Source of the DNA: a virus
Lineage: Duplodnaviria; Heunggongvirae; Uroviricota; Caudoviricetes
Direction: 5' to 3' (one strand)
DNA: 4,270 nucleotides
IMG/VR virus record: IMGVR_UViG_2565956630_000007
Shown piece after piece: positions 1 to 4,270 of the stretch (positions are counted from its first letter, which is position 1; each line of letters starts with the position of its first letter). The notes below the pieces were generated by a model, which had not been told where the DNA came from, ran no database searches, and saw nothing but the letters and a program-made list of their open reading frames with translations. The position numbers and the translations under genes were made by a program.

Positions 1-604
1 ACATCCACTCTGCGGCGGTCAGGTCTTCTGCTGTTCCCCACTTACTGCCGCTCTGAATTGCAGCATCCGGTTTAACCACAGAAAGATCGTTTTCTGGCTG
101 GTCAGAGGATTCGCCAGAATTCTCGGACGAATAATCTTTTCTTTTTTCTTTTGTAATAGTGTCTTTTGTGTCCCCCTGTTTTGAGGGATAGCAATCCCCC
201 AATTTGAGGGATGTTTTATCCCTCGTTTTAGGGGATTTTCCCTCGTTTTGAGGGATGCACCATTCTGAGATGTTTTTGTTTGGTCCAAACATGCCGCCTT
301 GCTGCTTGATAATATTCATTCTGACGAGTTCTAACTTGGCTTCATTGCACCGTTTGACAGGTAACTTTGTAATCTCGCTAAGTTGAGAATCGGTGATTCT
401 GTCCATTGGTTTATTCCACCCATAGGTTTTACGCAGAATGGCAAGCAGCACTTTAAACTGTCGCTTGGTCAGATCTGCGCCCGAATAAGCCTCAAGCAGC
501 ATATTTGATAGTCTGGCGTAACCATCATCGAGATCTGCCACATTACGCTCCTGTCCGGCAAAGTTACCTCTGCCGAAGTTGAGTATTTTTGCTGTATTTG
601 TCAT
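1..604 (-). CDS. O: Replication initiator protein O (lambda O-like), N-terminal ~200 codons; 3' end lies beyond the left window edge
   Basis: Minus-strand ATG at 604..602; hand translation gives MTNTAKILNFGRGNFAGQERNV, which I recognise as the lambda O N-terminus. Frame hand-translated as open across the iterons (...WCIPQNEGKSPKTRDKTSLKL...) down to ~122. Absent from the ORF track because it has no in-window stop. Reverse complement of 1..60 and 281..310 matches lambda O DNA as I remember it. Confidence 0.85.
   Translation of the reverse strand, partial: MTNTAKILNFGRGNFAGQERNVADLDDGYARLSNMLLEAYSGADLTKRQFKVLLAILRKTYGWNKPMDRITDSQLSEITKLPVKRCNEAKLELVRMNIIKQQGGMFGPNKNISEWCIPQNEGKSPKTRDKTSLKLGDCYPSKQGDTKDTITKEKRKDYSSENSGESSDQPENDLSVVKPDAAIQSGSKWGTAEDLTAAEWM
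131..169. other. AT-rich DNA-unwinding tract of the origin, O-distal side of the iterons
   Basis: ataatcttttcttttttcttttgtaatagtgtcttttgt is strongly A/T-rich and directly abuts the iteron array on the side expected for ori-lambda. Confidence 0.6.
170..257. repeat. Replication origin iterons (ori-lambda type): four tandem ~19-bp O-binding repeats inside the O coding sequence
   Basis: Four repeats with internal dyad symmetry: 171..188 tccccctgttttgaggga, 194..212 atcccccaatttgagggat, 218..236 atccctcgttttaggggat, 238..256 ttccctcgttttgagggat. These are the reverse complement of the lambda iteron consensus ATCCCTCAAAACGAGGGA. Confidence 0.9.
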
Positions 605-607
605 AAT
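579..607 (+). promoter_or_regulatory. pO-like promoter for the OOP antisense RNA
   Basis: TTGAGT (579..584), 17-bp spacer, CATAAT (602..607) on the plus strand, antisense to the start of O. Position matches lambda pO. Confidence 0.45.
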
Positions 608-613
608 GACTCC

Positions 614-694
614 TGTTGATAGATCCAGTAATGACCTCAGAACTCCATCTGGATTTGTTCAGAACGCTCGGTCTTGCACACCGGGCGTTTTTTA
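614..694 (+). ncRNA. oop: OOP-like antisense RNA (~80 nt) overlapping the cII 3' end and the cII-O spacer
   Basis: Predicted start ~7 nt downstream of the pO -10. Ends at an intrinsic terminator: stem cgctcggt (665..672) / accgggcg (680..687), 7-nt loop, then TTTTTTATT (688..696). Arrangement mirrors lambda OOP. Confidence 0.5.
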
Positions 695-936
695 TTGGTG
701 ATTTCATCAAGCGCATACTTAAAAGCTCTGCTAATCGGACTGATGTCTGATGCCATGCCAAAAGCACACAAGACCGAAGCTATAAACCTCCAGTCTGTTC
801 TGCTTATCTTCGATTCATGACAGCCAATCATCTTTGCCAGACCGCGCTGAGTAAGCGTTGACAGGTTGATAAGTAAATCTGTTTCTGCGCGATCAACGTC
901 GCGCTGTGATAGTTTGCTGTAATTTGTTTGTTCCAT
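637..936 (-). CDS. cII: CII/C1-family transcriptional activator (lysogeny establishment)
   Basis: 99-aa ORF. C-terminus TNKKRPVCKTERSEQIQMEF closely resembles the lambda CII C-terminus (TNKKRPAATERSEQIQMEF); the N-terminal two-thirds differs from lambda CII. Lies between cro and O on the pR strand, with a 32-bp gap to the O start as in lambda. Confidence 0.85.
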   Translation of the reverse strand: MEQTNYSKLSQRDVDRAETDLLINLSTLTQRGLAKMIGCHESKISRTDWRFIASVLCAFGMASDISPISRAFKYALDEITNKKRPVCKTERSEQIQMEF

Positions 937-946
937 TTCTTACTAT
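914..946 (+). promoter_or_regulatory. pRE-like CII-activated promoter (direct repeats TTGC-N6-TTGT flanking the -35, -10 TACTAT)
   Basis: TTGC (914..917), tgtaat, TTGT (924..927) on the plus strand, encoded within cII codons 4-8. The cII start codon (CAT, 934..936) sits in the spacer and TACTAT (941..946) lies 17 bp after the -35 hexamer. This is the same layout as lambda pRE (TTGC-N6-TTGC). Confidence 0.5.
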
Positions 947-1001
947 TTCCATAGGTAAATAATCACTAATACGCATCTTTCGATGAGTTCTTAATTAGTT
1001 A

Positions 1002-1035
1002 CCGCGTTGTCGGCGGTGCAGATTGATAAAGAGCG
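1002..1035 (-). promoter_or_regulatory. nutR site: boxA plus P22-type boxB hairpin, just downstream of cro
   Basis: Minus-strand boxA CGCTCTTTA (1035..1027), 8 nt after the cro stop. boxB accGCCGACAACgcggt (1017..1001) forms a 5-bp stem closing a GACAA-containing loop, as I recall for P22-type boxB. Confidence 0.6.
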
Positions 1036-1042
1036 GTGTTAC

Positions 1043-1270
1043 TTATGCTGCCAGAAGGTTCTTTTTGCTTATTTCAAGCATTTCGCTTGCTTGATATTTG
1101 CCACCAGAAATCTCTTCGATTTTTGATGCGTATTTCGTTTTCCCAAAAAACTCAGTCTTAGGGAGGAAGCCGTTTTTGAGCCACTTATAGACAGCCCTTT
1201 CGCTAACTCCACAAGCCTTCGCAACTTCAGGGATGCCGACACCTTTAATCGGCTCATCAAGATTTTGCAT
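1043..1270 (-). CDS. cro: Cro-like HTH repressor (75 aa from the internal ATG; a longer 86-aa form would start at 1303)
   Basis: Small HTH protein (IPEVAKACGVSERAVYKWLKNG) divergent from cI and first gene of the pR-side operon. ATG at 1270..1268 is preceded by AAGGA with 7-nt spacing. The upstream ATG at 1303 has no SD and lies inside the operator/-10 region. Confidence 0.75.
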   Translation of the reverse strand: MQNLDEPIKGVGIPEVAKACGVSERAVYKWLKNGFLPKTEFFGKTKYASKIEEISGGKYQASEMLEISKKNLLAA

Positions 1271-1348
1271 AGGAATGTCCTTTTTCGTACTTTCAGTACG
1301 CATTATGGTTGAACTGAAAGTTTTTGCAAGTGCTTTAGTATCGTACTC
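1271..1348. promoter_or_regulatory. OR region: divergent pR (toward cro) and pRM (toward cI) with two 13-bp palindromic operator sites
   Basis: Operator-like dyads GTACtttcaGTAC (1287..1299) and GAACtgaaaGTTT (1311..1323), 24 bp start-to-start. pR on the minus strand: -35 TTGCAA (1329..1324), -10 CATAAT (1307..1302). Candidate pRM: -10 TAGTAT (1336..1341) 7 bp before the cI ATG, with no SD, suggesting a leaderless cI mRNA as in lambda. A possible weak third dyad AGTAtcgTACT lies at 1338..1348. Confidence 0.7.
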
Positions 1349-2056
1349 ATGGTTCAGAATGAAAAAGTGCGCAAAGAATTCGCCCAGCGGCTAGCGCAAG
1401 CCTGTAAAGAAGCTGGTCTTGATGAACATGGTAGGGGAATGGCCATAGCCCGTGCCCTTTCTCTTTCGTCCAAAGGCGTTAGCAAATGGTTTAATGCTGA
1501 GTCTTTACCACGCCAGGAAAAAATGAATGCGCTTGCGAAATTTCTAAACGTTGATGTTGTTTGGCTTCAGCACGGCACTTCGTTAAATGGAGCGAATGAT
1601 GAAGATACTTTTTCAATTGTTGGCAAATTAAAAAAAGGGTTAGTGCGCGTGGTTGGTGAGGCAATTCTTGGTGTTGATGGTGCCATCGAGATGACCGAAG
1701 AGCGCGATGGGTGGCTCAAGATTTATAGCGATGATCCAGATGCCTTTGGTCTTCGTGTAAAAGGAGACAGCATGTGGCCCAGAATAAAATCAGGAGAATA
1801 TGTACTCATTGAGCCTAACACCAAAGTATTCCCAGGTGATGAGGTGTTTGTCAGAACCATTGAAGGGCACAACATGATCAAGGTTCTTGGCTATGACAGA
1901 GACGGAGAATACCAATTTACAAGCATCAACCAAGACCACAGGCCAATAACGTTGCCTTATCATCAAGTAGCAAAGGTGGAGTATGTAGCTGGTATTCTGA
2001 AGCAATCTCGCCACCTAGATGACATCGAGGCCAGGGAATGGCTGAAAAGTTCATGA
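1349..2056 (+). CDS. cI: CI-type phage repressor: N-terminal HTH domain plus C-terminal LexA/S24 autopeptidase domain
   Basis: 235 aa. HTH near RGMAIARALSLSSKGVSKWF. S24 signature GDSM (Ser141) and MIKVL (Lys178) with 37-residue Ser-Lys spacing as in LexA. Divergent from cro across an operator region. Confidence 0.9.
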   Translation: MVQNEKVRKEFAQRLAQACKEAGLDEHGRGMAIARALSLSSKGVSKWFNAESLPRQEKMNALAKFLNVDVVWLQHGTSLNGANDEDTFSIVGKLKKGLVRVVGEAILGVDGAIEMTEERDGWLKIYSDDPDAFGLRVKGDSMWPRIKSGEYVLIEPNTKVFPGDEVFVRTIEGHNMIKVLGYDRDGEYQFTSINQDHRPITLPYHQVAKVEYVAGILKQSRHLDDIEAREWLKSS

Positions 2057-2185
2057 CTTCATCATCACATAGCTAGTAACCAGTACGTTTGGATGGTGGT
2101 GAGAAACACACTGCAAGCAAACAGAAACATGGATATTAAAATATTAGCTTAACACAGCAAATCGAAAGAAACAGCGAGGGCTCGG

Positions 2186-3085
2186 ATGTCCCAAGAATTA
2201 TCTTTAACCTTTACCGAAAACATATATTATTCAACTAAAGAACCTGTAAGCATCAAAGATGTGATTACCTCCCTTCAAGGGTGGGAGGCCATCGCAAAAC
2301 AATCAGAAGGTGTTTTGCAGGAACTGACAGGGGCTAATATCCTTGATATATCGGTGCATGTTGCGCGATTAGAAGCAGGAAGCCTTTATGAAGATATTGT
2401 TATTAAACTCCTCTTTGGTAGCCAAGAAGAAATGGACAAGTTTCTTGCTGGCGCTCATGCAAAGATCGGAAATGGGAAAATGAGAAACGCTCTCGTTGGT
2501 GCTGTTGTTATTGGTCTGGTTGGATATGGCTTAGTTCTAGCAACTAAGGCTATGGCTCCAAGCAACACCTCCCACTTTGAAGCAAATAACAATACAATCA
2601 TCAATATTGGTGCCGGTGAGGCTAATATTTCACCTGACCGTCTTCAAGCAATCATAGAAAGCACGGTAACCAATAAGAAGACTCTTGCCAAAAGTTCCAT
2701 TAAGACGCTTGCCCCAGCTAGGGCAGACGAAGGATCTACGATGGTCATAGGTACAGGGGGTGGTACAGTGACCATTCCCGCTGAAACCATTAAAAAAGCC
2801 CCAACTGAAGTTGTCTTCACACCAGAGTCATATACTCAGGATCATTTTGATGTTGATGTTGAAATCCGTGCATTAGACCTCGACAATCCAGAGAAAGGTT
2901 GGGCTGCTGTTATCCCTGGATTAATAGATCGAAGAGTAAATATGGTTCTTGGCCCCAACGTAAACCCATCAGATTTTGCAGGTAAATTTTCTGTACGTGC
3001 TGATATAACAATAACGTACCAGCTCAAATCATCAGATAAAAAATACCAACCGAAAGAAGTCTTTATAAAAGAAATAATCAAATAA
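2186..3085 (+). CDS. Hypothetical single-pass membrane protein (299 aa) in the cI-pL 'moron' slot; candidate lysogen-expressed exclusion/defence protein
   Basis: ATG at 2186 preceded by GAGGG with 5-nt spacing. One strongly hydrophobic segment ALVGAVVIGLVGYGLVLA (residues ~102-119, nt ~2489..2545), with basic residues (K, K, R) on its N-terminal side. C-terminal ~175 residues are Thr/Gly/Val-rich and look beta-like. No family recognised by me. Same strand as cI with no terminator between them; followed by an intrinsic terminator. Confidence 0.7.
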   Translation: MSQELSLTFTENIYYSTKEPVSIKDVITSLQGWEAIAKQSEGVLQELTGANILDISVHVARLEAGSLYEDIVIKLLFGSQEEMDKFLAGAHAKIGNGKMRNALVGAVVIGLVGYGLVLATKAMAPSNTSHFEANNNTIINIGAGEANISPDRLQAIIESTVTNKKTLAKSSIKTLAPARADEGSTMVIGTGGGTVTIPAETIKKAPTEVVFTPESYTQDHFDVDVEIRALDLDNPEKGWAAVIPGLIDRRVNMVLGPNVNPSDFAGKFSVRADITITYQLKSSDKKYQPKEVFIKEIIK

Positions 3086-3091
3086 TTATAC

Positions 3092-3117
3092 CCGGCCTCA
3101 GCGCCGGTTTTTCTTTT
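3092..3117 (+). terminator. Intrinsic terminator after the membrane-protein gene (equivalent position to lambda t-imm)
   Basis: GC stem ccggc (3092..3096) / gccgg (3103..3107) with 6-nt loop, followed by tttttctttt (3108..3117), 7 nt after the stop codon. Confidence 0.55.
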
Positions 3118-3286
3118 CCTCACGATCGTCTACCTTATTTAACATCCGCACATGTGCTAACCCACGAACTAACACGCCAGCAAACAATTCTTTCTCTCCT
3201 ACTGACCAATCTTCAATCTTTACAAAAATAAATTCCTTTACATATCAAAAACATATCTCATTAAGTTAATGAACCACAAACAATTC

Positions 3287-3331
3287 GTACTTATAGTTCT
3301 TGATAATATCGAACTATTGGTTCATTATAAT
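3287..3331 (+). promoter_or_regulatory. OL/pL region: two 13-bp operator dyads matching the OR sites, overlapping the leftward early promoter
   Basis: GTACttataGTTC (3287..3299) and GAACtattgGTTC (3311..3323), again 24 bp start-to-start, same half-site consensus as OR. pL candidate: -35 TTGATA (3300..3305), 17-bp spacer, -10 CATTAT (3323..3328), overlapping a perfect TATAAT at 3326..3331. Confidence 0.65.
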
Positions 3332-3374
3332 CGCCATCAGCAGGACGCTGGCAGCCAAACGGAACAGATTGGCA

Positions 3375-3409
3375 GGCTCTTTAACTTCGATGATGCGCTG
3401 ACAAAGCGC
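3375..3409 (+). promoter_or_regulatory. nutL site: boxA GCTCTTTAA plus boxB hairpin GCGCTGACAAAGCGC
   Basis: boxA-like gctctttaa (3375..3383). Perfect 5-bp stem with GACAA pentaloop at 3395..3409, identical to the P22 nutL boxB as I remember it. Lies between pL and N. Confidence 0.7.
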
Positions 3410-3527
3410 GAACAGATACCAAACGAGATGGGTTTGGGGTGATGTGAATTGCAGCAGTAACGACAGCAACCAGAAGATCAGCATCTGGCGCATCACCACC
3501 AAAGCCATTTCACATGAGGAAAACATC

Positions 3528-3836
3528 ATGACGGTAATCGTGTACGGAAAATCAACATTTGCAGGAAATGCCAAAACTCGCCGTCATGAGCGGCGCAGAA
3601 AGCTGGCCATCGAGCGTGATTCCATCTGCAACATCATCGATTCGATCTTCGGCACAGACAGTGAGGAACCTGTTCAGGAAGACCCGAGAAAGCGGTTAAG
3701 CCTTTCTGAAAAAGCAATATCACTCGGAAGCCTTCGCTGCAAGAAAGTAGATGAATGCAGTGGAAGTGTTTGCCTGCCAAACGTAGCTATTTACGCGGCA
3801 GGCTACCGGAAATCAAAACAACTGACGGCGAGATGA
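3528..3836 (+). CDS. N: N-family transcription antiterminator, P22 gp24-like (102 aa)
   Basis: Internal ATG at 3528 preceded by GAGGA with 7-nt spacing. N-terminal arginine-rich motif GNAKTRRHERRRKLAIER and overall resemblance to P22 gene 24 protein (MTVITYGKSTFAGNAKTRRHERRRKLAIERD...). The track's upstream extension (GTG at 3444) lacks homology and overlaps nutL. Confidence 0.8.
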   Translation: MTVIVYGKSTFAGNAKTRRHERRRKLAIERDSICNIIDSIFGTDSEEPVQEDPRKRLSLSEKAISLGSLRCKKVDECSGSVCLPNVAIYAAGYRKSKQLTAR

Positions 3837-3852
3837 TAAATTCATTTGCTAA

Positions 3853-4270
3853 TTACTTGTTTTTGCCATGCTTATCCTGAGCGATAAGTTCATCCATAAG
3901 ACTGTCTTTCTTCCCAGCAAACCTAATGTAGCACTCATTTCTATAGCGTTCCGGGATAACAAAACGGTCGATTTCAGGATATCCAGTAGCAGAAGGTACC
4001 CGAATAAGAAGCCCTTTTTCGAGCAATGAGATTGCTTCAGGGCTTCCCTTTTCTGTCTTTAGCTGGTTATTAGCGGCTACAGCGAATGCCAAATACGCTC
4101 TTTCTCCAAGAGTTAACGAATCAAACAAATCTTGCACGTATTTCTCTTCTTTAGATTTGCGCTTCTGAGCAGCGAATATCTCAATTCTTACAGTCACAGC
4201 GTGATAAGCGGAATTAACAACGCCGTTAAGCACATAGCTAAGGAAGGTGCGAACAAGTCCCTGATATGAG
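3853..4270 (-). CDS. Hypothetical protein, C-terminal >=139 codons; convergent with N, 5' end beyond the right window edge
   Basis: Track ORF 3853..4233 begins at a GTG, but hand translation shows the frame stays open upstream to 4270 (...SYQGLVRTFLSYVLNGVVNS...), so the true start is off-window. Stop at 3853, 16 bp from the N stop. Opposite strand to the pL operon, as sieB is in lambda/P22 as I recall; no sequence-level identification. Confidence 0.55.
   Translation of the reverse strand, partial: SYQGLVRTFLSYVLNGVVNSAYHAVTVRIEIFAAQKRKSKEEKYVQDLFDSLTLGERAYLAFAVAANNQLKTEKGSPEAISLLEKGLLIRVPSATGYPEIDRFVIPERYRNECYIRFAGKKDSLMDELIAQDKHGKNK

Noticed and set aside
170-257. Iteron array as a possible CRISPR array
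   Set aside because: The repeats are contiguous or nearly so with no unique spacers, lie inside a coding sequence, and match the ori-lambda iteron consensus.
19-288. 89-aa minus-strand ORF from the track, spanning the iteron array
   Set aside because: It lies in a different frame from the O reading frame, which is open across this region and matches lambda O. It is an alternative-frame artefact of the repeat-rich origin.
564-767. 67-aa minus-strand ORF from the track
   Set aside because: It overlaps the cII 3' end, the OOP region and the O start in a different frame; the space is already explained by cII, OOP and O.
1087-1101. TTGC-N7-TTGC direct repeat inside the cro coding region as a second CII site
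   Set aside because: The spacing is 11 bp rather than 10 and no promoter -10 is suitably placed; more likely chance within coding sequence.
1069-1260. 63-aa minus-strand ORF from the track
   Set aside because: It sits entirely inside cro in another frame, is lysine/arginine/serine-rich with low complexity, and has no independent translation signals.
1043-1303. Longer 86-aa form of cro starting at the ATG at 1303
   Set aside because: This start has no Shine-Dalgarno and lies inside the operator/-10 region, leaving only 45 bp for the divergent promoters. The internal ATG at 1270 has AAGGA at proper spacing. The longer form is not fully excluded.
1790-2014. 74-aa minus-strand ORF from the track, antisense within cI
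   Set aside because: It is embedded antisense in the well-supported cI S24 domain coding region and has no start context.
2057-2185. Independent promoter for the membrane-protein gene in the cI-downstream spacer (e.g. CTGCAA-17-TATTAA around 2111..2139)
   Set aside because: The matches are weak and the region is AT-rich, so hexamer hits are expected by chance; read-through from cI is the simpler explanation, though a weak internal promoter is not excluded.
2842-3123. 93-aa minus-strand ORF from the track, antisense to the 3' end of the membrane-protein gene
   Set aside because: It overlaps the plus-strand gene and its terminator hairpin and would start inside the terminator; likely spurious.
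3444-3527. N-terminal extension of N from a GTG start at 3444 (130-aa track ORF)
   Set aside because: The extension has no resemblance to N proteins and would run through nutL; N-family homology and a good SD begin at the ATG at 3528.
3314-3574. 86-aa minus-strand ORF from the track
   Set aside because: It covers OL/pL, nutL and the N start on the wrong strand; the regulatory elements explain this DNA.

Overview
This window is the immunity and early-regulatory region of a mosaic lambdoid (lambda/P22-family) phage or prophage, inverted relative to the conventional lambda map. Left to right: the 5' two-thirds of replication gene O (minus strand, running off the left edge) with four ori iterons and an AT-rich unwinding tract inside it; an OOP-like antisense RNA; cII (minus); a pRE-like promoter; nutR; cro (minus); the divergent OR/pR/pRM region; the cI repressor (plus); a 299-aa single-pass membrane protein of unknown function in the slot lambda uses for rexAB (plus); an intrinsic terminator; OL/pL; nutL; a P22-type N antiterminator (plus); and a convergent partial ORF running off the right edge. 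The most interesting object is the unrecognised membrane-protein gene between cI and pL, a classic position for lysogen-expressed anti-phage or exclusion genes; that role is a hypothesis, not a demonstrated function. All homology statements come from my memory of lambda and P22 sequences plus hand translation and motif reading; no database search or computation was run.
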